Assembly: GCF_006345805.1 (NCBI RefSeq)
Contig: NC_042999.1
Coordinates: forward strand, 145,328,001-145,392,000
DNA: 64,000 nucleotides
Direction of reading: 5' to 3'
Source of the DNA: Octopus sinensis
Taxonomy: Eukaryota
Within the stretch, counting starts at the first letter, position 1. Every line of letters starts with the position of its first letter. Shown here piece by piece: positions 12,956 through 26,583 of this stretch. The notes below the pieces were generated by a model. That model was not told the DNA's origin. It saw only the letters and a program-made list of their open reading frames with translations, and ran no database searches. The translations under genes and the position numbers were made by a program.

Positions 12956-14789
12956 GAGGGGTCACCAAACTTCTTTTTAGTGCGGGCCAGATAACATAGA
13001 ATGACGAGCGCGGGCCGCATATCCATTTTGTTCAATACATACAGTGAATACACAAAAAAATAGACACCAACATATTTATTTGCCAAAAAGTTATCAAAGG
13101 AGGCGGCGTTAGCAATAAGATAGTTATATCCCACCTAGTGCGCACATATCCAAATCTCACAAACTAAGAAACAAAAAGGTTGGCGAGATTTTTTGAACTG
13201 GTGTTTAGCTTTTAAGACATCATCAATATTTGCTTTGGAATTGCTGTATCCAATCAAGAGAATTGCTTTCAAATGTTCATCAGTCAACCTCTTTCAATGT
13301 GCTGACTTCAAATACTTCAGTTTTGAAAATGTTTGCTCACAAAAAGTTGTTCCAAACACTGATGCTATCACTGAGGAAAATTTCTTCAACTTTAAAAACT
13401 CATCATCAGGTGAGCAGCGATAAGATTCTACAAGCTTTCCTTCTCTTTCTTCTCTTTCAACAAGTCATTTACTTGCAAGTAAATGAGCGCAAAATTGTAG
13501 TTTGACTGGTACGTCATCAAGGTTACAATCAAACAGAAGAATGTCACTCTCATTTCTATCGAGATCTGAAAATCATTTAAGTCACGAATAATCATCGAAA
13601 ACTCGAGGTTGACATTTGCGATTCCAGCGCGAAACTCGTTGAAACACTGAAAATGAGAGAAGTATCCTGTTCCAGTTGTGCTTCAAACAACGATAACTTT
13701 CTCTGAAATCCTTTGATGATTCTGTAGAGATCACAGATAAGGTTATCCTTTCCCTGGAGTTTCAAGTTCAGTTAATTCATGTGGGATGTGATGTCAACCA
13801 AAAATGACAACTTTGATAGCCATGTAGGATCTGACAGAAGTGGATCAGCTCTATCCTTCTCGGCGAGAAAAAGATCTGTTTCTCTTCGGAGCTTATAAAA
13901 ATGAAACAGGACTTTACCGCAGCTCAGCCACTTCACTGATGTGAGATAAGGCAAGTCACAGAATTCAGAATCAATTTCTTCAAGAAAAGTCTGGAACTGG
14001 CGAATGAAGTTCACTGCAGAAATGACTGGTTTCAGTACGTAACAAATATCTACGCCTTTCCCTCAGAGTGCTTGCTGATATATAATGCAATGTATAAACA
14101 GAGCGCCCGGGAGTTGATCTAACTTAGTCCTGATCTGCCACACCAGACTCTTCCTCACTCCAGCCATGTTTTTCCTCCATCAACTGTAACACATCGAAGC
14201 TGATTCCACTGAAGATTATAGCCTAGCAAAGTTTCTGCATTCTCGTGAAAATGTCTTCTCCAGTTGTTTTTCCATGCATGCTGAAAGTCCAAATTAACAC
14301 CATGATCTGAAAGTCCAAATTAACACCATGAATGGACATGAGAAGTTGCGACATACTCGAGACTTCAGTAGACTCATGCAGCGCAAAAAATACCACAAGA
14401 AGTTCCTAGCTTTCTCGCGTATCTGTAGCATTATGTTCCCTCCAAGTTTTTCTGTTCTCCGCACAACTGGACTTGCTGAAAGGCTGATACATCCAAATAA
14501 ATCAGCTTTCTCAGGACACAAGTCATTTGCTGCTTCCGTCATACACTCTTTGAAGAAGTTGCCGTCAGCAAACGGTTTTCTTTGCTCTACCATCTTATGC
14601 ACTATTGTACGAGTGACAGATTCGTTTTCAGCAAACGTTCTCGTGAAAAGAATGTTTAAACACGGCAGTGCAAGTTAAAACACAATCGCTACAGGAATGA
14701 ACTCTTAATGCAGGTACTTACTCAAAAGGTACAGTGCGGCAGCGGGGCCAGTTGAGCTGACCTCGTCGACCGCAGTTTGGTGGCCTCTG
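12956..14789 (-). mobile_element. hAT DNA transposon (Buster/SPIN, GTF2IRD2-like transposase), decayed
   Basis: TIRs GAGGGGTCACCAAACT (12956) and AGTTTGGTGGCCTCTG (ends 14789); identical 8-bp flanks ATCTAATT at 12948-12955 and 14790-14797. Peptides KPFADGNFFKECM...CPEKADLFGCISLS and VKWLSCGKVL...WLSKLSFLVDITSHMN. Confidence 0.92.
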
Positions 14790-17700
14790 ATCTAATTCGG
14801 TTGCACGAGACTGGTAGGGTTAAATGAATAAAACATTTCAACATACTTCATAGATTTTGTATTCGATGTTCATGACAACTTGTATGTTCTCAGAATCTAA
14901 ATGAATACCTTGAACACTGTCACGTTTACGCATGCATTCAATTTTCACACACACACACACGTCCACGGTCACACACACACACATACGCACATACACACAG
15001 ACACAAACGCACACGCACATATATCAAATCTATTATCTATCTATATTCTACAGTACTTCGCTTTTCGATTATCGAATCTTGGAATTAGTTTTTCCTGTGT
15101 GAGAGGGTCTTGTAGCCTATCTATTCCATTGTGTACTTGAAATTGTTTTATTGAATGGACGCGACGACTAGATAAGTTTTGTCGTCGAATCCATTGCCAT
15201 TCGAAAGGAAGATGCAAAAGCGAGATATGCCATATAAATTGGCGCAGTAGCATGAAGTATTATGTGAATATATTCTGAGGAATCCATTAAGCATTTTGAT
15301 ACAACTATTCACTCAGGAAATCTTACCAGATATTAATATAAATATATTTCAACATAGATGATAATATACATAAACAACATATTGAACATCATAGCATAAA
15401 ACTGAGTTTGTGATTCAGATTTATTTAAAGCTGTTGTAAAGCTGTTCACTTTTGTTAGATAACCTAATGCCCCTGGACAACACAAATAGCAACCAAATCT
15501 CCTCCAAATCGCGCTACCGCATTCATTCCTAATCGCTGTGTTACAGACGAAGTTTGCACAGCGATTAGGAATATTTAGTGCATCGCAAAACATACTGAAA
15601 TTATATTAAAAAATGTGAAAATTCGAAATAAAATTCCGAATATGAAGTCTCGTAATTATATTTCATTTACTGAATAAAAAATATAGCATTTAATAATTTT
15701 CTTTTGGCTAAAATATTAAAAAAAAAATATATTTGCTCTAAACTATATCATAAGCTGAAAAAGTTTGTGAAAAAATTTGTACTACAGTTTAAAAAGGAAG
15801 GGGAAGAGGCATATATAGTGAGGATAATCATGTCTTTGATACACTCCATTTAAAACAAAGACAGGCTCACAACTTGAACACTATCGGTCATAAAGTTGCT
15901 TGATCAAGGCAGATTAGAGAGTAAACGATATCACCACTTTGGTATTAAAGTTTGTTTTCATTTCACTAGAGGATGTAAAATGAATGTAATTTTTCAGAAT
16001 TAAACAACGGTTGATTCGGTTAATTTTGTTGTATATTATTAAAGTTGTTGCTGTTTAACCCCAGGGCATCTCTAAGCAACAGACCCATGATCAAAGTGTT
16101 CAGAACAGGTATCCAACAAAATACTATCCATTATATTCTAGCTTTTATCTCGGATTGTAAGGCATAATTTGCAAGAAATTTACCTGCTATTCCTTGTAGT
16201 TGAGTAACCTCAGAGCAATTTCTTCGTTGTGCATGGATTTATCATTTTTGTATAAAATCTAAGTAGGAATGTCTTAAGGAACCAAGCTAATATCCGTGCA
16301 CTCAGCATCCTCACCCTAGTTGCAATTCTTAGTTACAGACATTTCACTTGTGACTTTACAGACAAGGCACGAAGACCGCACCGTTTCCAGTTTAGAGAGA
16401 GAGAGAGGGAGAGAGAGATAGGTTTGTAGGTATCTGAGTCGGCAGAGGCAAACTATCAACTGAAGATTTTGTGTGTCGTGTTGTTATCGGTGCTGTATTT
16501 TGTCCACATCTAACACGCTCAGCTATCAACAGCTGCCCAGTGTACGTAGCTATACAGAGGTATCAGTGTGACTGTACAACTTGCAACTATTATCAACATG
16601 AGTACTATATAATGGTAAGAACAAAATATCAATGTGGAAATGATATTGATCTACTCACTCATACTTCGAGAAATTACTTCAACCGGCTTCAGGTCACCGT
16701 GATTCGAACAAAGCACTTCATTTTGCATGCATTAGTTAAACACATAGGAAAATGTGTTGGGCTGCCGCCATGTCACGCTCTGCAATCTGAAATCGTGTCT
16801 GCAAGTCAAGAAGGCATTACATGTAACGGATGTCAACAGTCTCATATAACCAAATAGATGGATTTAGACATCATTTGATGTAAAATATTTTTTTACTAAA
16901 ACACAAGGGAACTGATGTATAAGGGCAGAAAAAATAGTAATTGGTTTGTTAATAGATTTCTCACAAATATCAATGGTGCAAGCGAGGTAAATTGGATACA
17001 GGATTATAACACGGTTTGCAACATCGGTAAGTATGTGAGATGAAAAAATAAATTTTTTGATATTTATTCTCCAGAAATATTTATCAATAGAAGAGATTTC
17101 TACTGTTATTTTTCTAGAATATTTTGAATACATAATTTAGCTGCTACGAGTTACAGAATCAGACGAGAATGTAAAAGTATAACGAAACGTCCACTGCAGA
17201 GTTGAACTCAAGGTCAAATGGTAAACATGTTTTAGACAACAAACTATACTTAATGTGCTTAAGAAAACTTCACCGCTGCAGTATTCGTCTTGAGAGTTAA
17301 AAGACACAGATGTGGATCAGTAGGAAGAAAACCGGTGTCAAAGTGAAAGCATTATTTTGGCTTTGGCATAGAGCGACGGATACCTTCAAAACCTGTCGAT
17401 TGCAACTTTACCTTTGCTCTTTCTGGATCAATAAAATAAGGTGCCAATGAAGTACTGGTGTCGATATAATCGATCGTTCCCCACCTGCAAATGTTTGGTT
17501 TTATGCTTACACAAGAAATTGTTACTTTGGTTTTGGCAAAGGGCGAGGGATTTCTTCAAATCAGGCCATATTATTTTGCTTTTCATTCTTCTAAGGTCGA
17601 TGAAAGAAGCTCTAGTCAAATATTATTGATAACTTAGACCCAACTGCAAAATGTGTGATTTTGTGCCAAAGCTAGAAACCAAACCTACAAGTGATTGCAA

Positions 17701-18574
17701 AGGTGAACATAGGTGAACTTACATGAATTTTATTGACAAAAAGTAAAAGTCGAGAAAAGACTGGGAGAATGCAAATAAATATTTGTAAGATAAGCACAAG
17801 GGATACCATAATAGATTATATCGTTCCCCAGTACTGAACGGTAAAGAATATCAGAATACACATACACACACACAGTACACAACATGAAATACGAAAACAA
17901 ATGAGTTCAATACGCAAACAACGAGAGAAACAAATAGAAAACAGGACAAGTAACACAAAGAACGATCCTGTTGTCGGCTGTCCATCTACTCATTTCGAGC
18001 AATGAACGACAATATGAGACTTCGAAGACAGTTGCTCCCATAAATACCAAAATATTTTTTGCGACGTTAAGCCGAAATTAATACGTAGTAGGACCATGGT
18101 AGTCAACGGTAGTTTGTACATATTTTTTACGACATTTCTTTTACGTTACTCTCAAGTTATTAAGCTCTAATTTTTACTTTGTAAATTTTAAATTTTATCA
18201 TTCGTATCATTTGTAAATTTTCGTTTTGCATTTTGTCATTCGTACTTGTGTATGTCCACTTTTATCTATAGCTTTTTATTCGAATATATTTATTTGTCAT
18301 TGCTTTCATTATTATATCATCACAAGTATATATTTTATTCCTACATATTATTAATTTTATATGAATGTTTAGAGACATAAGTTACGTGAGAATTTAGTTT
18401 TTGTAAATTTTTAATTTTTTTATCTTTCATTTTTTATTTTCTATTTTTAATTTTTTAATTTTATTTGAATTAAATTATGGCTTGCACAGTAAGGTCCGGT
18501 GAATCTATTTACACATACGCATACTTATCTGTTAAAATTAAAATATAGTATTTTGTATCGAACTATGATAGAGG

Positions 18575-18665
18575 TCTGATGATTGGGGTTACATTTTAAG
18601 AAAGGTTCCTGTAAAACACTACGTGCTTAAGGAACCGTAAAAGAACCTCAAGAAACACGTGTAGC
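18575..18665 (+). ncRNA. Hammerhead-like motif upstream of the PLE ORF
   Basis: CUGAUGA-UUGGGGUU[branched insert with GGUUCCU/AGGAACC]AACCUCAA-GAA-ACACGUGU-A^GC; stem I only about 2 bp. Confidence 0.55.
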
Positions 18666-18843
18666 GTAGGAATGAGTAGTAAGTATTAAATTAAAATTCT
18701 TTTATATGGTGTGATGATGGGGACTACTATCTCTAAATGACATTTATATTTCCTCATTGAGAATAATTTGAACCCCTGTGATCCCGGAGTTTTTATTCCC
18801 TAATAAATAAAATAAAATAATTTAATGTAATGGTTTAACTTTA

Positions 18844-19770
18844 TTGTTTAGCTTGAAAATTAAACAATTAAGTATGGCATATACAGGTAAGATAATACCC
18901 CTGGAGTGGAATTCATCACTGAAAGACATACCTATCCCACAAAAAAAAAAAAAAGAATTCAAGATTAAACTGATTAATAATATAAAGAATTTCATAAATA
19001 GACGTAAATGGAAAGCACACTCCTATAATAATGAAAATACTATAGGCATAAATAATACAGACAATAATAAATTTATTAGGAATAAATTTAAATCTAGGAA
19101 AGAGCCACCGTACAATAAAGAAATGCAAAACTTGGAAGACAAAATTTGGGAAATAGTAAAAAATCTAGAATTTTATAAATACCCGAACATGCATAATAAT
19201 TACCTTAAAAACTTAGCTATTAAGATAAAAGAACTGAGAAATACAGAAGGAATCTTTGTACAATCTAACAAAACTAGAAACCTATATAAATTAGATATAG
19301 AAACATATGATAGTTTACTAGAGAAAGAAATCAATAAAAAATATAAAATAGTTCAAAATAATACTTTAGAGAAAATAAATAAGTGTTATAAAGAAATTAT
19401 GACGAATTATGAACTAGATAAAAAGACAGAACTCTATGTGCCATTGGATAACGTTAAAAGACCATTAAGATAATTTCTATGCAGACCCTAAAGTCCGACT
19501 GATATGTCCATGTAAATTGGACCTAGGGAAATTGAATAAATTAATATTAGACAAATATATGAATAAATTAAATAATTTAGGTCACCTAAAAGTATGGGGT
19601 AGTACAATGGAAACTTTACAATGGTTTAAAAATATTAAAAATAGTAATGAATATAAGTTTATACAAATAGATATTGATAATTATTATGCATCCATAAATG
19701 AAATAGTGTTGAATAAGGCCTTGATATATGCCAAAAATAGAATAGGAATTGTAAAGAGTGTAATTGGGTG
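18844..19770 (+). mobile_element. Penelope-like element N-terminal region and RT start, frameshifted and 3'-truncated
   Basis: SLKDIPIP...KLINNIKNFINRRKWKAH...FKSRKEPP...QSNKTRNLYK, then LQWFKNIKN...KFIQIDIDNYYASINEIVLNKAL. Confidence 0.88.
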
Positions 19771-20894
19771 TCTCCGGTTCTCGCAGTATCAGAATTTTTC
19801 AGTGCTGCTTTCTGCAGTTATTAGGGATAAAATTTTGAGCCGATACATCTGCTTTCCACATTCAAAGGGTTAAATGTCAAGGTATACCTGAGAGGTGGAA
19901 TGCTCAGTCACCATCATATTGATTATGATTTCATGACCAGGAATACAATTATTGGACAACCAATACAATTATTGGACAACTGACGGCTAATCGTCGATGC
20001 CGAATGGGAATCCAACTAATAGCTTGCATCCGTCTCCCTTCCCTCCGCTGTTTATCGTTACTCGCTCAAACATACACATAGATGTAAGATGTTTGTGTGT
20101 TGTGTATATATATATATGTGTGTGTGTATGTATGCATGTGTGTGTGTGTGTATGCACACGCGTGTGTAATTATATCCTTTCCGGATACTCATCGGCTACA
20201 TCATAAAGACGTTTTCATTATAGATAATTGTTTATCCTATAAGGAAATGACTTTTTCGATGTCTTCCAAGGAAATGACTTTTTCGATGTCTTCCAAGTGC
20301 AAACTTATGCCTAATTGCGGCAGCAGCTATTAATAACAGCCTGGAGCAAAATTTATCCTGCAAACTATTTTTACTGTATTCTTTTTCACAGGAAACTTTA
20401 GTAAACAATTAAATTGATTAAATTCATTGAAATATTAATTGGTACCTAAATATCTGTATATATCCTATACTAAATGCAATTTCTTTCCCATTTTATACGA
20501 AAATAAGAATATTACAAGGAAAGAATTTGGAGGAGATTTCGTTCGTTCACTCACTCATTCATTCATTCATTCATTCATTCATTCATTCATTCATTTATTC
20601 ATTCATTCACACATACATGTGAAGAACCCCATATTTCCGGTTAGAATTTCCCTTCTAAAAGAAGGAAGGTAAAGTTGTGTAATAAAATGTCTGAAGAGTA
20701 GTTGATTTCTGGTCGAATCAACGTTTGTTGTACTATTGGAGTTCTGAATGATTCACTGAAAGTCGGTTCAGTGCTGTGCAACACCTTATCCACTCAAAGC
20801 AAATTCACACATAGGAATTTCTTGGATTCTAGCAACATTTGCATGAACTTACTGAGTTTAGGAAGTAGTTTTACTCGCTCACGAGTTGACTTCC

Positions 20895-20936
<42 letters not shown>

Positions 20937-20997
20937 TGTGTGAGAGACTTGGTATGTGAAAGCACTTGGTTGGATGTATAAAAACAAAATAAAATGA

Positions 20998-21328
20998 AAA
21001 AACTACAGAAGAATTGTATTATATGGTTAAAAAATATATTAAAATCGTCATGTTAGGAAAATGTTATAAAAATCTTTTGTATAGTGACATTTATTTGGAG
21101 AAATAACCGGTTTCTCATTTTCTTTTCAAATTTCTCTACTGTTGTTTTGTCATCTATTCACAACAATAACGGTAAAGAAATCTGAAGAATTTGAAAAGAA
21201 AATGCGAGACCAGTTATTTCTCGAAAAAAGATGTCACTATACACAACATTTTATATCATTTTATCATTTTTCTAACATGACAATTTAAATATATTTTTTA
21301 ACCATATAATACAAATCTCGTGTAGTTT
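20998..21328. repeat. Imperfect fold-back element with a decayed hammerhead at 21176-21221
   Basis: Arms AAAACTACA...GTATTATATGGTTAAAAAATATATT and their reverse complement. Right arm reads AGAAAT-CTGAAGA...GAGACCAGT-T^ATTTCT. Confidence 0.7.
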
Positions 21329-21391
21329 TTCACTCTAATTTGTTATATACATACATACACACATACATACATACATACATACATACATACA

Positions 21392-21425
<34 letters not shown>

Positions 21426-21436
21426 CATACATACAC

Positions 21437-21503
<67 letters not shown>

Positions 21504-21509
21504 ATATAT

Positions 21510-21682
21510 GTGACCCCTTCCGTCATGAATGCCCATGGATTACACAGAAAGTTCCCATCCGAGTTACAAGTCTGGGCAAGGTATTTATAGAAGACAAGCA
21601 GTCGCCCATGCATACCAGCCTCCCCTCTCCACACACCCGATGTTATCCAAGGGAAAAGCAAAGGCCGATATATACACACATT
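21510..21682 (+). repeat. Interspersed SINE-like repeat fragment
   Basis: GACCCCTTCCGTCATGAATG...CAGTCGCCCATGCATACCAGCCTCCCCTCTCC between microsatellites; family assignment is from recollection only. Confidence 0.5.
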
Positions 21683-21722
21683 TGTGTGTATGTATGTGTG
21701 TATTGTATGCATGTATAAATAT

Positions 21723-21930
21723 ATACAAGGGGGTGTCTAGAAAAAGATGTAAGGTGAGCATAACGTTTTTATTAACTGACAGGCAATTACATTTTAAATA
21801 TTGATGTAATAACTCTTCCTCTATATATTCACAAGCGATGGATCTGCGACATCGCTGAACCCAATTCACTGTGCTCTGTTGCAGACACTTCTTCACAACC
21901 ACTTTCTGATACACATTTGTGCTATCAAAA
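21723..21930 (-). mobile_element. Degenerate mariner-like 3' end
   Basis: TACAAGGGGGTGTC TIR-like start; decayed C-terminal peptide VVKKCLQQSTVNW. Confidence 0.4.
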
Positions 21931-22539
21931 ATCTTTGTCAGTAGAAGTCAGAGGGTGTACCGGATTGTACTGTGGATAGCAGTGGACGTCACTGACCAGT
22001 CCAACTTCACACGTGACTGATTTGTCGCCAAAGATGTAGTGTAGTCACACATATTCATGGTTAACGTGGATCATTTTCGGATTCTTGTTCGGTCTTTTCT
22101 TCCTTATGGCTACTGTAATTTTTTTAGAGTCCCAATACTCTGATGGCTCTCCACAGTACAGTTTCGTTCCAGAAAATGAAGGATGCATTTATTATCCACC
22201 TCCAAGCAAAGTAGTCGCATAAGACTGCATAATGATTGGCAAGTATAGGAAAAAAATAATTGCATAAGGAATAAAAAAAAAACTTTCAGACACCGGCCTC
22301 ACGAAAAAATCCCACCAAAACCGAAGAAGCGTTAGCTAGTGTTAGCATATTTAATGTAAGGAGCATTAAAATGCTAATTATAAGCAGAAGTAATTATGCT
22401 GTGATGAAAAATAGTATTACTGCATGATAAATACAATAGATACTGTTTGGTGCTTTGCGCCTATATTACAAGACAATGTTATTATCTTTATTCTGGGATA
22501 TTACAGTGACAGCTAGAAGCACACGAGCTATGATCTTGC

Positions 22540-23000
22540 CATCCATCGATAAAAAGGGGCGAGGATACCTTGGGAAAGATTGGCTTCGTCAAACTTCTTG
22601 AAAACAGTGTCTTTAGTGATGTTCATACGACCCAACTGTTTAAGGGAACTACCATGGCGATGAATATGGGACACGCAAATTCAACGGCTTCAGTGAAATT
22701 TCAGTTGGCTTTTTAAATCAAATATTTCGTTAACTCTTTCAGAAAATGCACGGATTTCATAACTTCGATTAGTTCCCCATTTTCTCCTTAAACATGAATA
22801 AAATCAATTTATCATTTAAATGTATATATATTTTTAACTCTTATATTAAATAAGTTGAATGTGGATTGAAGGAAATCTGGAATTAGATTCCTCGTTAAAT
22901 TAACAGGAAGTATTTATAGTTTATTTGATATATTTAGCTTTCAAACTATCAAATGACACACCATCACACGTCCTCAAGGAATATTCATCTGTAAACGATA
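22540..23000 (+). mobile_element. Highly decayed Penelope-like RT
   Basis: QLFKGTTMAMNMGHAN resembles the PLE RT motif Q.xGTAMG.xMAPxYAN; downstream YLAF resembles the thumb region. Confidence 0.4.
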
Positions 23001-23214
23001 AAACCCATAAAATAAAACCCGTTAGTTACTATTTAAAAGCGGAAGTAAGTATCTTCTTGAATACCAGAAACTGTAACTATTTATTTAATGTGTAAACAGA
23101 TCCTCATTTAGAGTTCATTAATGTGATAAAATAGGATTGCGGATGGGCTAGTGGGTTGAGTGGTGCGGTACTAAATTGCAAAATGGAGTATCTAGCAGTT
23201 TAGGAGGACGGGTT

Positions 23215-23376
23215 AAGTTGATTACATCGACCCCAGTACTTATTTATTTATCGACCTCGAAAGGACGAAAGGCAAAGTGGACCTCGGCGGAATTTGAATT
23301 CATAACGTAAAGACGGACGAAATGCCGCTAAGCATTTTCCCCCGGTGTCCTAATGATTTTGCCAGTTCGCCGCCTT
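23215..23376 (-). mobile_element. tRNA-derived SINE (AAGGCGGCGAGCTGGCAGAA family)
   Basis: Reverse complement AAGGCGGCGAACTGGCAAAATCATTAG...GAATTCAAATTCCGCCGAGGTCCACTTTGCC. Confidence 0.85.
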
Positions 23377-23381
23377 TGCAA

Positions 23382-23416
<35 letters not shown>

Positions 23417-25254
23417 TATTCTACTATATTAAAAGTGGAAAGTCAGGATAATCTGGACCTGACTGTATTGTCTGATAAAAAAAGAGAAAGGGCGGGATAG
23501 TCACGGCTGGAATGCATATGATCATATGTCGTCTCAGTCAAAGCTGACCTGGGTTAAACAGCATCGACAACAGCACTAAGGGGAAGGTCACAGTTAATTG
23601 CTGAAGTAAAATCCACCCCCACGCAGTTACTGACAATGCACAACAATAATTTCTATTTTAAAACAAATAAGTACATCTACAATAAGTCAGACAACTACTG
23701 CTATCACATCCTAACAACATCACACTATGGCTGCACTACACTCAAGAGACAAGATGGTCATGGCTGGTACGCTTCGATCAGACTTGATTTCGGTCTAACA
23801 TCAATACTATTGCATACTATATTACGTCACACGCCAGTACTTACGTTATTTCAAACCACACCGTACTACAACAGGCTTTTTTATTCATTGCAGCCAATGC
23901 GAGAAAAAGAAAGGAAGCATCGACATCGTAGTTCGAGCTACTAGAGACCTAATCTCCGTCAAAACATATTTTAGTGTCTTAAATAATTAAGTATACGTTG
24001 AACAATATAGTAAAACAAATATATAGACTTGTTGATCACTGATGAAGTTCGACCAACACTAAACAATAATACTTCACTACAAACTACAATACACTATTCA
24101 CTACATTGAACCTCAAACTCGAAGCCTTTGACTTTTCTATACATATTTATTCCATTAAACCATCAACAGCAAAAACGAACGTGACATGATGTTATAAATA
24201 GTGGGTATTCTCTCTTTTGGTATAAAAAATCGATAAAAGCTTATTCGTTTTATCATTGCTTCAGGGGAAAGAAATTTATATTTTGATGGTTTTTCACACC
24301 ATACGATTCATAAGAATTTCTCAGAAATACATGAAATAAACATATTTTGAGAGATTTTTTCAGTTTGAAACAAAAGGTCATTGGGTTTTTTTTATTTTAA
24401 AATGCGATGTTAATTGTCAGTGGAGATTGAATGAAGCATTAGAAAAACGAATCAAAATTACGTGTGTGTGTGTGTATGTATGTGTGTGTGCGTGTGTGTG
24501 TAAATAAGTGCTGCAGTCGATACAGCCGGTCGAAATTCCCGCAGGTCATATGCCATCATATCTACAGTCCAATGACTGATGTCAATAAAATGAAAGAATC
24601 TCACCACTTTATTAATTGACAAATGACTTCTGAGACCATGTGTTGAAACAGGAGCAGTTTCAGCCATTAAAAAAGAAATCACATGCAAACAGTTAAGCTC
24701 ATATTACATTAACCTTTTGAGGTTTCGAAATTTTCGTCGCACTTCTGCGACCTGATCAATCCCACAGTTCTACTGCAACTTAAAATAAACGAATGCGCTT
24801 CCTTATATAACTTTGCACATTGAAATCGAGTAGATTACACCGGAAATGAGACTTGAAAGTCGCACACTCACTTGACCTTGATCTAAGATCTTCTTCACTG
24901 GAAGAATTTAAGAAAATTAACTATCCAGGAAATTTATAGAATTAAAATACTCGTTTTCAGACATAAGTAGCCTGATCAGTGAAGAAACATAACTCCTCAG
25001 CAGCATTGCAGTTCAGTCCCTTACATCACTATCAATTAAAAGATAAAGCGTGCGTCACACATTAGCAACGACATTACAAAACCAGGTTATTGGCTATACA
25101 TACATACATACATACATACATACATACATACATACATACATACATACATACATACATACATGTGTGTGTGTGCGTATGTATGTATATATAGATGCACATA
25201 TATATATATATGTGCATATATATGTTCATATATATATATACGCACAGATATTCG

Positions 25255-26045
25255 CGTTGTGCCAATTTCGGGCATTCGCTAACGATGTGCCATACCGTTT
25301 CACCCCTCTCACACATTCTGCATTTGTTGTTATCGGTAGTGTTGTCTATTCTGCACTTCATATAATTGGTCCTGAACGCTTGTTCTTGAGCTGCGCATGT
25401 GAGTGCTTCTGTCTCTATCTTCAGGTCACTCCACCTCAGACGTAGCCACTGGTCCTATGTATCTATTATCGCGTTCACATCTCTTGCAAACTGATCGTAC
25501 ATTTTCTTTTCCTTCCATGCTTTTTCTTTTGCTCATTTCTTGCTTAAATTTTTCTTTAGTTACACAAATTTCAGTTTTGATGACGCCGGCCTTCTTTGTG
25601 TGTTTTAACGGTGGAGCCACAGCATTTTTTGTATACCACCCTAGGCTGTTTTCCTCTGCTTCGATACAGTCCTGGCAACTGGTCAAGCCTCTCTCACCCT
25701 TTCTTCTGGACAAATACTGCCTATCGGTGTCACGCTTAGGGCGGAAGGCTGCATGTACTATCAACATTTTTCTGGTATTGGTATCCATTTTCTTAATTTT
25801 TCTCTTTTGCTATTTTATAATTCTCGCTCCATACCGAAGTGATGCTATCGCCCACGTATTAACTGCTTGGATCATATTCCATCCAGTCAGTTTTGAGCGC
25901 CTCACCAACCTCAGTCTTCGGAAACACACCATCCTCTGTTGCTCTTTCATTTCCGATTCCATTATCTCATTGGCCACTATTACACCAAGGTATTTGTATT
26001 CTTCCGTTTCAATTTGCTTAATCAAGTCTCTATTCGGGAATAATT
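25255..26045 (-). mobile_element. R4/Dong-like site-specific non-LTR retrotransposon fragment (RT end and Zn knuckle)
   Basis: YKYLGV...RRLRLVRRSKLTGWNMIQAVNTWA; MDTNTRKML...HPK-like RPKRDTDRQYLSRRKGERGL; CRMCERGETVWHIVSECPKLAQREY. Confidence 0.88.
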
Positions 26046-26049
26046 CTAT

Positions 26050-26069
26050 ACTATTATTACTCTATACTA

Positions 26070-26127
<58 letters not shown>

Positions 26128-26222
26128 TTATTATTATTATTATTCAGTAGTTTTATTTTTATAGCGTGCTTTCACTTCACTGGATATGTGCTGTGGTTTG
26201 CTGTGATGCTCTTATGGTTACT

Positions 26223-26283
<61 letters not shown>

Positions 26284-26306
26284 CATTATTATTATTATTA
26301 TTATTA

Positions 26307-26338
<32 letters not shown>

Positions 26339-26340
26339 GG
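26050..26340. repeat. (TTA)n microsatellite blocks
   Basis: Directly visible. Confidence 0.95.
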
Positions 26341-26378
26341 CCCTTGTGGCTAATAGAAGATCATTATTATTATTATTT

Positions 26379-26583
26379 AAGGCAGAGAGCTGGCAGAATT
26401 GTTAGCGCACTGGGTAAAATGCTTACCGGTATTTCGTCCACCATTACGTTCTAAGTTCAAATGCCGCTGAGGTCGACTTTGCCTTTCATCTTTTCATGGA
26501 TAAATACCAGTTGATTACCGGGTCGATGTAATCGTTTTATCTCCCCTTCCGAACTTTCTGGCCTCGTGCCAAAATTTGAAATC
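26379..26583 (+). mobile_element. tRNA-derived SINE
   Basis: AAGGCAGAGAGCTGGCAGAATTGTTAGC...GTTCAAATGCCGCTGAGGTCGACTTTGCC. Confidence 0.85.

Noticed and set aside
20686-20740. CTGAAGA...GAAT motif
   Set aside because: Stems I and III do not pair.
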